This document shows positions 8,538 to 17,838 of a stretch of 64,000 nucleotides of DNA, in pieces. Numbering within the stretch: position 1 is the first letter of the stretch; every line of letters starts with the position of its first letter. Made by a program: the position numbers and the translations under genes. Source of the stretch: a virus; IMG/VR virus record IMGVR_UViG_3300032579_000010, positions 1-64,000 of that record, one strand, 5' to 3'. A model generated the notes under the pieces. The model searched no databases, had not been told where the DNA came from, and saw nothing but the letters and a program-made list of their open reading frames with translations.

Positions 8538-8887
8538 TGGGATTGAATGTAAGTTATGACGCTTGGAACGGTTCGTACAGTTCCTTTAACAACTTCCGTA
8601 AGGAGTTGTGTCGTGTTGCTGGTGTTGATTGGGATTCGATTGATGACCGTTACGAGTGGTGTAACTACTTAGGTATGTGGAAAGAAACGCCTAGCGACCC
8701 ACTACTCGTACTGCTCGTTCACTCCGACTGCGACGGATACATTTTCCCTGCGCAGATGGAGCAGTTGGCTAATCGACTTATCGAACTGAAGCCTTTGGTA
8801 GATGAGGATTGGCAAGAGTCCGTACAGGATTTTATTGACGCACTTTGGGCTTCACTCGACGACTCCGTAATAATGACCTTTGGGTGA
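8537..8887 (+). CDS. Hypothetical phage protein
   Basis: Coupled start; acidic ORF with an HSDCDG motif. Confidence 0.7.
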   Translation: MGLNVSYDAWNGSYSSFNNFRKELCRVAGVDWDSIDDRYEWCNYLGMWKETPSDPLLVLLVHSDCDGYIFPAQMEQLANRLIELKPLVDEDWQESVQDFIDALWASLDDSVIMTFG

Positions 8888-8929
8888 CGTGTTACACCCC
8901 TCTTGTAGTTTTTTAAATGTAGTAACTGA
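8884..8929 (+). promoter_or_regulatory. Second copy of the TGTYACACC / TAGTAACTGA promoter
   Basis: TGTTACACC at 8890, -10-like TAGTTT at 8906, TAGTAACTGA at 8920. Confidence 0.5.
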
Positions 8930-8947
8930 TTAGAAAAGGAAGGCAAA

Positions 8948-9541
8948 ATGCCAAACGAAGTAACCACCACAGACCCGTTCGACTTAACGTTAGACGAGTA
9001 CCTTGCCTCACAGGGAACGCCTGAGACGTTCACGACTGAGCAAGAGCGATTCACCATCAACACTGAGGACGAGGCTCTTTGGGCTATGCGTCGTCTCGCC
9101 CAAGCACAGCGTCGTATTGACGAGGTGAAGCGTCTGGCTAAGGTCGAACTTGACCGTATCAACGCTTGGGTGGAAACCAACACCGTGGGCAACAAGCGCA
9201 CTGTTGAGTTCTACGAGACTGCTTTGTCCGACTACTTGGTTGCCGTTCGTGAGAACAGTGCTGATGGTCGCAAGTCGCTCGACTTCCCTGACGGTGTTGT
9301 ATCTAGCCGTATCTCGCCTAGCAAGGTTGAGGTCGCTGACATTGACGCTTTCTTGGCGTGGGCTGAGAGCAACAACCACTCTGATTGGGTTCGTGTCAAG
9401 CGTGAGGCTGACGTATCCACTATCAAGAAGGTCGTGGACTTCGCTGGTGATTCCGTCGTAGACCCGATTACTGGAACCACCGTTGCTGGACTCAATCACG
9501 TTGAGGGTGGTATCTCGGTATCGGTGAAGGTCACTGACTAA
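8948..9541 (+). CDS. Mu Gam-like host-nuclease inhibitor / DNA end-binding protein
   Basis: FTI..EDEALWAMRRL, coiled coil, KSLDFPDGVVSSR pattern. Confidence 0.7.
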   Translation: MPNEVTTTDPFDLTLDEYLASQGTPETFTTEQERFTINTEDEALWAMRRLAQAQRRIDEVKRLAKVELDRINAWVETNTVGNKRTVEFYETALSDYLVAVRENSADGRKSLDFPDGVVSSRISPSKVEVADIDAFLAWAESNNHSDWVRVKREADVSTIKKVVDFAGDSVVDPITGTTVAGLNHVEGGISVSVKVTD

Positions 9542-9553
9542 CCTCACCGAATG

Positions 9554-9600
9554 ACAAAAGCCCCTATGCGAGGAACTAATCCTTACATAGGGGCTTTTGT
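9554..9600. terminator. Bidirectional intrinsic terminator between convergent early and late operons
   Basis: ACAAAAGCCCCTATG...CATAGGGGCTTTTGT perfect 15-bp arms. Confidence 0.85.
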
Positions 9601-9609
9601 TGTTAGAAC

Positions 9610-9813
9610 TTAGAGAGACTTAACTTCAGCCTCAACAGCAGTCTCGGCAACCTTCTCGACCTCTGGTGCGAGTTTGGTTTCCTCTGCCTTTGCGTCGGCT
9701 TCGACGACTGGCTTTTCCTTGGCTACTTCAGACTTAACGTCGGTTTCTGCGACCTTGTCTTCCTTGTGGAAAATGCCTTCGATTGCTTCTTCTGCCTTTT
9801 CAAAAATACCCAT
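9610..9813 (-). CDS. Small acidic Glu/Ala/Lys-rich protein
   Basis: GAAGGTG SD; last gene of the late operon. Confidence 0.6.
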   Translation of the reverse strand: MGIFEKAEEAIEGIFHKEDKVAETDVKSEVAKEKPVVEADAKAEETKLAPEVEKVAETAVEAEVKSL

Positions 9814-9829
9814 TGGGCACCTTCACTTT

Positions 9830-10183
9830 CTATTGATTGTTTTGGTCTCGTTGAATGATTTGTGTTTGGTTTGTGTCCAAACGTTCACCTGCCGACAACG
9901 CTCGTGGCAAGTCTTTTTCGGCTAGGGAGCGGTGCCAACCTAAGTGGCGCTCAACCTTGTCCTCGATGCTGTCAAAACGTAAATCCATACGGGCGAAGTT
10001 TGCGTCAATGCGGTCAAACTTTGCGTCTAGTCGCTCAAAGTGAGCATCCTCTTTACCCTCTACCTGCTTTGCTTCTTTGCGTCCTTGGTGGGCTGAATAC
10101 CACGCTGAGGTAGCGGCGAGTGTTGCAGGCACGGCGGTAATACACGCCGCAATGATGTATGGGTATTGAGTCGCACCTGCCAT
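9830..10183 (-). CDS. Membrane protein with coiled coil, possible lysis/holin accessory
   Basis: N-terminal TM helix, heptad FERLDAKFDRIDANF, ending ..ERHLGWH; leaderless TAAAAT-N6-ATG. Confidence 0.55.
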   Translation of the reverse strand: MAGATQYPYIIAACITAVPATLAATSAWYSAHQGRKEAKQVEGKEDAHFERLDAKFDRIDANFARMDLRFDSIEDKVERHLGWHRSLAEKDLPRALSAGERLDTNQTQIIQRDQNNQ

Positions 10184-10217
10184 ACCCAGATTTTAGACCA
10201 CGGTTGGCGAAATCTTG

Positions 10218-11153
10218 TTACGTCGCAGGACCTTCGTTGTAGACCGTGAGAGTGGTTGGTGTTTTCTTTGACGTAGACGTTTTTGGAAATGGATTAGTCG
10301 GTGCGAACTGAATGTTCCACGTCACATTTTCCGTTGTGTTGCTTGGTGTGTTGTACCCAGTTTCTAAACCGACATACCAAGTGAAGTCAGAGTTAGTAAA
10401 CATCTTCTTCCAATCACCTGCTTGAGCGGTTGGCTCACTAAGCGACCATACGATAGAACCCGATACCGTGTAATACCCCTGTGTAGGAATAGAAATCTGG
10501 CTAACAGGCGTATAGACCGTCTCATTCTGCGTGACTGTGGTTGTTTGTAGCGTGTCAGGTGGGGCAAATACGCCAATAGAAAAGTATCCGTCGCTTGACG
10601 GTGTTCCAGTAACAAGAATCGTCGTGCTGATTTCTATTTTGTAGAACTGGTTGGGCAATACTTCGCACGAGATGTTCATTGACGCACCAGTGCCACTCGT
10701 CGGAACAAGTGGCAAGTCTGAGCGAGAGATAGGCGTGGTGAATAGGTGAGAGTCTTGCCAAACCTTGCGACCTAACAAGTGTGAGTGAGCGCCCTGACCA
10801 CCGTTACCCGTGGTCGTCGTTGTTACGCCATTGTTGGTGATTGTCGAGCCGTTGGTCGCAGGCGTATTTCCAGCGATGGCGCTTTGGACAATAGCGTCAG
10901 TACCCGAAAGGTTCACCCAAACAGTGTCATTGAGTTTTGGCGTGTAACTAGATACATACGCTACGCCGTGCAGTGGTGAATCATCGCCAGACAACTGAAT
11001 ACTCAGTAGCGGACCGCCAGAACCAGAACCTTCGTAGTTTGGGTCAAATCCAATCACCTGCGCCATACGCATTGACTCAGACGGCTGAGGGTCAAACTGA
11101 CCACCGTTAGCAATCGAGTTGGTTAGTTGTACAAAGTCAACGGGCTTAGCCAT
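10218..11153 (-). CDS. Minor tail / tail-tip protein
   Basis: N-terminal OB-like SYTPKLNDTVWV pattern; follows the hub gene. Confidence 0.6.
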   Translation of the reverse strand: MAKPVDFVQLTNSIANGGQFDPQPSESMRMAQVIGFDPNYEGSGSGGPLLSIQLSGDDSPLHGVAYVSSYTPKLNDTVWVNLSGTDAIVQSAIAGNTPATNGSTITNNGVTTTTTGNGGQGAHSHLLGRKVWQDSHLFTTPISRSDLPLVPTSGTGASMNISCEVLPNQFYKIEISTTILVTGTPSSDGYFSIGVFAPPDTLQTTTVTQNETVYTPVSQISIPTQGYYTVSGSIVWSLSEPTAQAGDWKKMFTNSDFTWYVGLETGYNTPSNTTENVTWNIQFAPTNPFPKTSTSKKTPTTLTVYNEGPAT

Positions 11154-12886
11154 TAGACACCGTCGTATGCGGCGCTACGGATAGCGTCTTGCTTGGTTCC
11201 AGTGCGACGTGAGCGAGCCGTGAACTGTTGTGGTGAAGTAATGTCCAACGGCGTAACAATCTTGTCGAGATACACGGGGACAGAACCGTCCGTGGGAATC
11301 GTCGGGTCGAGAAGTGCCGTCCCCTTGCGGTAGTCCAACTTGGGCGTAAATGGCTTGACGTAGATTACAGTATCGCCAACCTTGGCTTGAGCGGTAACAA
11401 TAACTTGGTCTTTGCCAGCGTCAGAGAAAATCACGAGGGCATCGCCAACGTCAGCCACAATCGTTTTTCCAGCAACCGACGTTGTAAGAGGTGCGACCTT
11501 GAGACTTGAGATTGTATTGCGACCCGTGTTGCCGTTCAGCGAGCCAATCACGGCTTGGTTATCAAAAACACCAACACGCTGACGGCGAAGTAACACAACC
11601 ATGTCAGCGTCGAGGGCTGGGTTGGTTACGCCTTCAAACGTTGTTGCGTCGTCGCCACCAACAAACCAGTTGAGGTAGGTGTCGGCGGCGCTTTGTACCA
11701 TTGCCTGCGTCGTCAGTTTCTTGCGACCCGGCTCGTAGCCCACCATACGTCCATACGAACCAAGGTAGTAAGTAGGCGAGTTGGGGTCATCATCAACGGC
11801 AACGGCTCGCAACGGTGTCTTAGAACCAGTGTTTTCACCAGTGGCAATGACGTAGTTGGCAGCCTTTGTATCGCTGAGTTTGCGACTGATTTGCGTCAGA
11901 AGACCACCTTGACCGTCACGAAACTGCCAAACAGGGTTCATGCTGTTGGGGTCAGGAACTTTGCGCAAGGTGAAGCGACCACGCTGGTCAATGTACAACA
12001 TACAGTTCACCGCCGAGGCGAGGGCAGAGATTTGCGTCCAAGGTGATTGCGACTGTGACGACGTAACGTTGGTTGCGCCCATAATGATTGGCGAAGTAAT
12101 CAGTGCGTCCTTTAGACCTTCAGCGAAGTTAAATACTGGTGCACCGAATACGGCGTGACCAACGGGCCAGCGATTGTTGATTAGGTCTTTAATCGCCTCT
12201 TCATACGTCGAGGCAACATAGGTCTGTTCTGCGGTGGTGTCAGACTTTGCCAATGGCACGGTGTATTGGGTTTTCCAAACTGTTACGGGGCTAGTCCAAG
12301 CGTTACGGGCGATGTTCACGGACAGGTCGGCACCAGAGACGGTGATTGAAAACTGCCCGTCTGTTTGCTCGTCAACATCTACTTCGTTGATACGAAAAAC
12401 GCCTAGCGGTACAAGTTCGTAGGGTGGGTTTTCGGCTAGAGCGATTGCCCACGGCGGAACGTCAGGCGAGGACTTTTCAGTAAGGTTGTCAAAGCGAAGC
12501 AAGTAATCGGGGATGTTTGCTTCCGCTTCCCATAGTTGCCGTGGGATTCGGTCAATGTCCCAAATAACACCACGGTAAATAAAGCAGTGCTGACCATAAA
12601 TGTTGAGCGGACCGTAATCGTTCGTAGGTGCCGACGTATCAGAAACGCCGTCAGTGGAGTAGACGATTTCAGTATTGGTTACAAACGAAAACGAACGGCG
12701 GAAGTCAACGGAAGTGTTGTCCACCGTGACGGTGCCAGATGTCACAGGAATGTTGTACGTCACGCCCTTAGGTGTGAGGGTTTTCACTACAACGATTGGG
12801 CGGTGCGAACTTTGTAGCGAAAACGCCATACGCTCGCTAATGCCCAAAGCATCTGCGGAACTTGCGATGGTAGGTGGTAAAGGCAT
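11153..12886 (-). CDS. Tail hub-like minor tail protein (DUF5047-like)
   Basis: GTVTVD...RR, ELVPLGVFRI, AVDDDPNSPTYYLGSYG; position after the Dit-like gene. Confidence 0.65.
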   Translation of the reverse strand: MPLPPTIASSADALGISERMAFSLQSSHRPIVVVKTLTPKGVTYNIPVTSGTVTVDNTSVDFRRSFSFVTNTEIVYSTDGVSDTSAPTNDYGPLNIYGQHCFIYRGVIWDIDRIPRQLWEAEANIPDYLLRFDNLTEKSSPDVPPWAIALAENPPYELVPLGVFRINEVDVDEQTDGQFSITVSGADLSVNIARNAWTSPVTVWKTQYTVPLAKSDTTAEQTYVASTYEEAIKDLINNRWPVGHAVFGAPVFNFAEGLKDALITSPIIMGATNVTSSQSQSPWTQISALASAVNCMLYIDQRGRFTLRKVPDPNSMNPVWQFRDGQGGLLTQISRKLSDTKAANYVIATGENTGSKTPLRAVAVDDDPNSPTYYLGSYGRMVGYEPGRKKLTTQAMVQSAADTYLNWFVGGDDATTFEGVTNPALDADMVVLLRRQRVGVFDNQAVIGSLNGNTGRNTISSLKVAPLTTSVAGKTIVADVGDALVIFSDAGKDQVIVTAQAKVGDTVIYVKPFTPKLDYRKGTALLDPTIPTDGSVPVYLDKIVTPLDITSPQQFTARSRRTGTKQDAIRSAAYDGV

Positions 12887-15800
12887 TACTTCTGACCGTA
12901 CATGAAACCAAAGTTTGGCGGTGCCGCCTCGACGTAGGTGATTGAGAGGGAACGATACGGCTTTCCAGAAGCGGCTTGGTGGGTCGCCGTAATGTCTTGG
13001 CTCACAAAGATGTAGCGACGCTCGGACTCAACGGGGTCAATCAGAACCAGCGTTTCACCAAGGTTGAGCATATCTATGAAGTTCTGCCAGTTGTCCTCGT
13101 CCGTCCAAACAATCGTAATCGTTGCGTCACGCCCCTGAACAACACCAGCAATCGTAAGTGGTCGGCTGGCTCCCATTGGGTAGAACACGCCAACAGGGTG
13201 CTTTTGCGTTTCTTGAATACCGTTTTGTACGAGAACAGGGAATCGCAAGGATTCGTTCGACGTACTTGATAGCCACCACGATTGGTTTTCTACAATAGGT
13301 GCTTGCGCAGGTGGTGAAGTAACGCCATTGACGACAATGCTATTGCTTGAAGCGTCAATGTACGATGAGTTAGCGGTGACACGGTAGAAGGCGACGGTAT
13401 TGGGGATTACGTCATAGTCGGTGATTGAAGCCATACCCGAACTGTCTGGTGTTAGTTGCGAACCGTTCCATACAGGGTTCCACGTCACACCAAAGTCCTC
13501 GCTCTTTTCGAGTGAGTAGTAGTACGAGCGCCCAGAGGTGTTGGTGTAGCCAGCACGGTTCCAGTTAAATACCGCCACTGGTGTTCCCTGCTTCTGAGCG
13601 TAGGCAAATGATTGCGTAATGCTGGTTGTGAAGGCATTAACTTGCGTACCGCTTTGGTAGTTGTATTTCAGTGGCGTTTGCAGAACCACGTTGTTGCTGC
13701 CGTCCCACGACGGGTCAATCAAAACAGTTTCAGTGGTGTCAGTGCCAGTAAAGACTGTGCTCGACTCCTTTTTGAGTTGTGCTGTGGTTAGACCGTTGTA
13801 AGTCTTGGTCTGACTTAGCGATTGCTCCAGTTGTTGCGACGCTTCGTTGATTTCCTGCATTTCACCTGTGTACATAGCCTGTCGTATGTCAAGGTTGGTT
13901 TGTGTTGTTGAAGGCAGGCTGACATAAACGTTCAGTACCAGTTTGCTGTTGATTGACAATCCCTCAACGCTGTCAAGCAACAGTGACGTAGTTCCTGCGC
14001 TTGCTGATGCGCTAAGAACGGTGTCAAGGATTGGGTCGCCACCGCCTTGGTGAAGTTCGTAAGAGCCATTGTCGTTGGTGGGGTCAAACAAGAAAATAGT
14101 TCCAGCGCCCTCAGTTGGCGTAGAGGGTGGCAATACAAACGCACGGTCAGGTGAAGGCGTATTGAGTTCAGGAATAGGCGACTGAAGGGTCGGTAGAGTC
14201 GTGCTCAACACAGTGAAGCCTTCGTACAAGTCTGGGGTTAGTGCTTTCACCATTGGGTTGGAAATACCGTAGACACTGTTAGCGGAAACGCCTTCGAGCA
14301 AGATACGAGGACAAGCGTATGAAGCGCCTAGAGTCATTGTGTCTGCCGTGAGGGTTGGCGTACCACTGGTGATACGCACTGGCACGGTTGTTTCTCCAGC
14401 CTTAACAGGAGCAGTCGTTACGGCGGTAACGCCACTGCCCATTGTGATTTCAGTACCAGCAACCAGCGCAGTTGTGATGCCAGTGCCGAGGGTGTACGCA
14501 GAGCCAGTACTCATAGGAGCGTTGGTGTGGTCGTACAAGAGGTTAGAAACAAGCGTCAGGGTGTTACCGCTAACCGAGGAAACTTGCACCAGTTCCGAAA
14601 CTGGGTACTGGTCAAGTTCAATAAGCGTTCCACTGGTGATTGAAGTAAAGGTGCTTGAGTTAAGTACCAGTTGATTTGAGCCAGAAGAACCCGTGCCCTG
14701 TAGAAGGTTGTTGGTCGTTGTGACGGAGTAGAAGTTGGCACCCGTGGCGACTGTGCTGATAGGCGACTTGGCGACCATAGCAACGGGCTTCCACGATTTA
14801 CTGCCGCCAGCAGAACCAATCACCACGCCGGGGATAGGGTTGTGCCGTGTGGGGTTACTGAGGCTTCGTGTGCCGTCGTCTGTCTGAATCCAGTTACCAA
14901 ACTGGTCGTACCAGTCGAGGAACAACTTGACAGTTGGTGAAGCCGAACCAGCGACAACTGTTGCCCAAGCGGCAAAACCGTAAGTAAGTCCAGCATTGAC
15001 TGGCACGGTGTTCGCCTGAGCGTTCCACGACGAAGTTGAAGAGAACCAGCCGTTATTGGTAATACTGATTTCAGCATTACCGCTTTGAGTGGTCTTCATA
15101 ACTAAGGCGTGTGTTTGCTTGGCTGGTTTGGTTGTCGTTGAGCCAGATAACTCGCCACCAAAGTAAGGCGGATAGAAAACAGAAACCGAGGCGTGACCTA
15201 GCGGATAGTTAGCGTCGGGGATAAACGGAACCACTGGGATTTTGGTTGCGCCAGCCTTGATAATGAGTGACGAGGAAGGAATCAGCGTAAGGGTAAGACC
15301 GCCGTACTGTTGTCCTGAACCCGTGCCGTCGGGGTTTAGACCTTCGTAGGCAGGGGTAATGATGTTGCCGTTGGTCAAGATAACAGTAAAGGTTGTTTGA
15401 CCGTTTGGCAATACTGACGAAGCCGTGTTGGAACTAATGGTTGCGCCCAGAGGAACACCAATGGCATCAACTTGGTAGTTGACGTATTGGTTGGCGGTAA
15501 CCGTTGGGAGATTGGTGCCAGTGATTTGTAGCGCATTGAGGGGAAGGTAAATCAAATCAGCACTTGCGCCCGGTGTCCACGACGTGTTTGAGTTTTGGTT
15601 GCCAATGGCATAAACAGGCGTTGAACCATCGCCTGACGAGAAGGTGATTGGTTGGGCGCTAGCAGGGTCAAAACCAACAACGAAGTCTTGCGTAGCATTG
15701 ACGCTGTTGTACCCGACAATCTCAACCTTTGGCGTGAGGGTGCCTGTCGCAGAGGACGACGATGCGCTGGTGCCAGCAGTGTTGAGTGCGCTAGCGGTGG

Positions 15801-17838
15801 TGCTAGGCGTAGGAGTGGTGGCTGTTGAGGCGGCGGTTGAGGACTTGCCAATGGTTAAGTAGTCGCCACCCTTAATGCTTGTTCCCTTGTAGAAACCGGG
15901 GGAAATGGTGACTTTTGCCAACGATTTTTCTTGCGAAGGGGGCGTCCAAAAGATTTCAGTACCAGCGGGTATTTGAAAGATTTGGTTAGGCAGGTTGAAC
16001 CCACCACCAGACTTGATTGGCTCAATGTGCAAAACGCCCGGACCACCAACAAGGTGTGTTGCGTTATTGGAGTTCCATCCTCCATTGGCAACAGCGGTTT
16101 GAGCGACGGTAACGGCTTGAGCAAGCGTTACTTTCAGACCAGCGCCGTTTTTGGTAATGGCTTGGTGACCGTCCAGTGACAAGGTTGCGCCAGCGGCGAT
16201 GTTGGGAAACAAACAAGCGGTGCCTGAGTTGTTAGCACTGGCAAAGTAGTTGTCAATCGCAGACGTAGAGGTAAAAGTGAAGGGAATAGACGTAACTGGT
16301 GATTGCGTGGAACCACTTACCGTCTTAGACACCCTACCGATAATGATTGGACCAGACGACGTACCGACGTAACTGACGTTGGTGATTGTGACGTTGGTTG
16401 TAATGTCGCCAATACTTTGACCATTGACCTTGATGCCGAGTTGGGTGACAAAACCCTTATCGCCAGCCTTTAGCGAACCCGGATTGGGAACCCATAGGAA
16501 AGTTCCGTTGTGATTGTCTTGGCTAGAAGGGCGAGACAAGAGCGGATAAACACCGTTTGAACTCACCGTGCCTGATGCGCCACCACCAGTTCCACCACGA
16601 CCAACCATAACAGTCTTGGTTTCTGCGACCTTGCTAGACCATGAAATAGTGCCAACACTGCCGACGTAAATGTCGTCTTGAATACCGTAGGTGACTTGTG
16701 CGCCCACTGCGTGTGACGTTGCGGTTGTGCCGTTGTAGCCACGTTGCTCGATGGTGAAAGTGTCAGCGGTCTTTGAAGTTCCGTCAACGTTGTTGCGCAA
16801 AAGGATTTGCTCATTGTCAATCTGCACCCAGAAGGGCGTGTTGCCCGTTGGGAAAGAAAGCGCCGCTACTGCTGTGGACGTTTCACCAGAAACCTTGAAT
16901 GTGCCCGTGCCAGTACCTGAAAGAGCGCCAACCGTTTGAACGTAACCGATTGCGCCAACGGGGATACTCGAAATAGCCGTTGTGGCCGAGAGGTTCTGAC
17001 GCAGAGGGATACTTGTTTGAGCAATGTCCAGTACGGTGTCGGCGGTATCACCACTCGCACCCGGCAGTGTGTTAGTTGTGTTGGCAGACCATCCACCTAC
17101 GCCACTGGTGAAGTCACCGTTGTCGTCAGATAGAAGGTTGTCCGTGCTTTGGATAACAATGTTGTTAAGCGAGTTGTCGTTGTCCGTGTAAATGGACATA
17201 ATGGGCGACTGAGGTTGTTCAATCACCACGACAAACGAAGCCGCTTCCCAGTCTCCCAGCCAGTCTTTTCCTTGAAACTGCTTGGCTACTTGAACGTAAG
17301 CCCAGTACATTTCACCACTGATAAAACCATCGTTGTGAGAAATAGAAACTTGGTTGGTTGTGTCGGCACCCGTTAGTTCGCCTACAAAGAAGGGGTTGGT
17401 GTCGGGGTCAAAGTCGGCAGATTTCACTACAAAGTCAGGGAAAATGCGGATGCGCCAGCCCGTTTGTGGGTCGCCGTCATAGTCGTCAAAGTCCCAAGAA
17501 ATGTAGTTGTCAATAACAATGTCAGGGTCGGCGCTGAAAACCATGTTGTCTGACGGGGCGAAGTTAATGTTCTTGGCGATTGGCGACGATAAAAACTCAA
17601 TGTTGTGACCCATTGTGCTTACGGTGACGTTTTCACCTTGGGCAACTTGACCCGTGACTTCGTGCTTGACGTTGTTAAGGTCTTTGGCTGTCCATTCGTT
17701 GCCGTTTGGTGTTTTGGAGAGTTGGCTTCCCTTAACTACCGTTTTGCCACCGTTGCGCTTCGGCGTGACTTCTTGTGGGGGCGTTTTCTTGCCCGTGGTG
17801 GAATCCTTGATACTGAGGCTGAGTTTGCTGGTGGACAT
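12886..17838 (-). CDS. Expanded distal-tail (Dit-like) protein with FN3/CBM-like and inserted beta domains
   Basis: Start at 17838 (TAATG coupling). C-terminal ~130-aa Dit-like core, FN3-like WDFDDYDGDPQ, CBM-like PVNAGLTY...LDWYD. Confidence 0.6.
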   Translation of the reverse strand: MSTSKLSLSIKDSTTGKKTPPQEVTPKRNGGKTVVKGSQLSKTPNGNEWTAKDLNNVKHEVTGQVAQGENVTVSTMGHNIEFLSSPIAKNINFAPSDNMVFSADPDIVIDNYISWDFDDYDGDPQTGWRIRIFPDFVVKSADFDPDTNPFFVGELTGADTTNQVSISHNDGFISGEMYWAYVQVAKQFQGKDWLGDWEAASFVVVIEQPQSPIMSIYTDNDNSLNNIVIQSTDNLLSDDNGDFTSGVGGWSANTTNTLPGASGDTADTVLDIAQTSIPLRQNLSATTAISSIPVGAIGYVQTVGALSGTGTGTFKVSGETSTAVAALSFPTGNTPFWVQIDNEQILLRNNVDGTSKTADTFTIEQRGYNGTTATSHAVGAQVTYGIQDDIYVGSVGTISWSSKVAETKTVMVGRGGTGGGASGTVSSNGVYPLLSRPSSQDNHNGTFLWVPNPGSLKAGDKGFVTQLGIKVNGQSIGDITTNVTITNVSYVGTSSGPIIIGRVSKTVSGSTQSPVTSIPFTFTSTSAIDNYFASANNSGTACLFPNIAAGATLSLDGHQAITKNGAGLKVTLAQAVTVAQTAVANGGWNSNNATHLVGGPGVLHIEPIKSGGGFNLPNQIFQIPAGTEIFWTPPSQEKSLAKVTISPGFYKGTSIKGGDYLTIGKSSTAASTATTPTPSTTASALNTAGTSASSSSATGTLTPKVEIVGYNSVNATQDFVVGFDPASAQPITFSSGDGSTPVYAIGNQNSNTSWTPGASADLIYLPLNALQITGTNLPTVTANQYVNYQVDAIGVPLGATISSNTASSVLPNGQTTFTVILTNGNIITPAYEGLNPDGTGSGQQYGGLTLTLIPSSSLIIKAGATKIPVVPFIPDANYPLGHASVSVFYPPYFGGELSGSTTTKPAKQTHALVMKTTQSGNAEISITNNGWFSSTSSWNAQANTVPVNAGLTYGFAAWATVVAGSASPTVKLFLDWYDQFGNWIQTDDGTRSLSNPTRHNPIPGVVIGSAGGSKSWKPVAMVAKSPISTVATGANFYSVTTTNNLLQGTGSSGSNQLVLNSSTFTSITSGTLIELDQYPVSELVQVSSVSGNTLTLVSNLLYDHTNAPMSTGSAYTLGTGITTALVAGTEITMGSGVTAVTTAPVKAGETTVPVRITSGTPTLTADTMTLGASYACPRILLEGVSANSVYGISNPMVKALTPDLYEGFTVLSTTLPTLQSPIPELNTPSPDRAFVLPPSTPTEGAGTIFLFDPTNDNGSYELHQGGGDPILDTVLSASASAGTTSLLLDSVEGLSINSKLVLNVYVSLPSTTQTNLDIRQAMYTGEMQEINEASQQLEQSLSQTKTYNGLTTAQLKKESSTVFTGTDTTETVLIDPSWDGSNNVVLQTPLKYNYQSGTQVNAFTTSITQSFAYAQKQGTPVAVFNWNRAGYTNTSGRSYYYSLEKSEDFGVTWNPVWNGSQLTPDSSGMASITDYDVIPNTVAFYRVTANSSYIDASSNSIVVNGVTSPPAQAPIVENQSWWLSSTSNESLRFPVLVQNGIQETQKHPVGVFYPMGASRPLTIAGVVQGRDATITIVWTDEDNWQNFIDMLNLGETLVLIDPVESERRYIFVSQDITATHQAASGKPYRSLSITYVEAAPPNFGFMYGQK

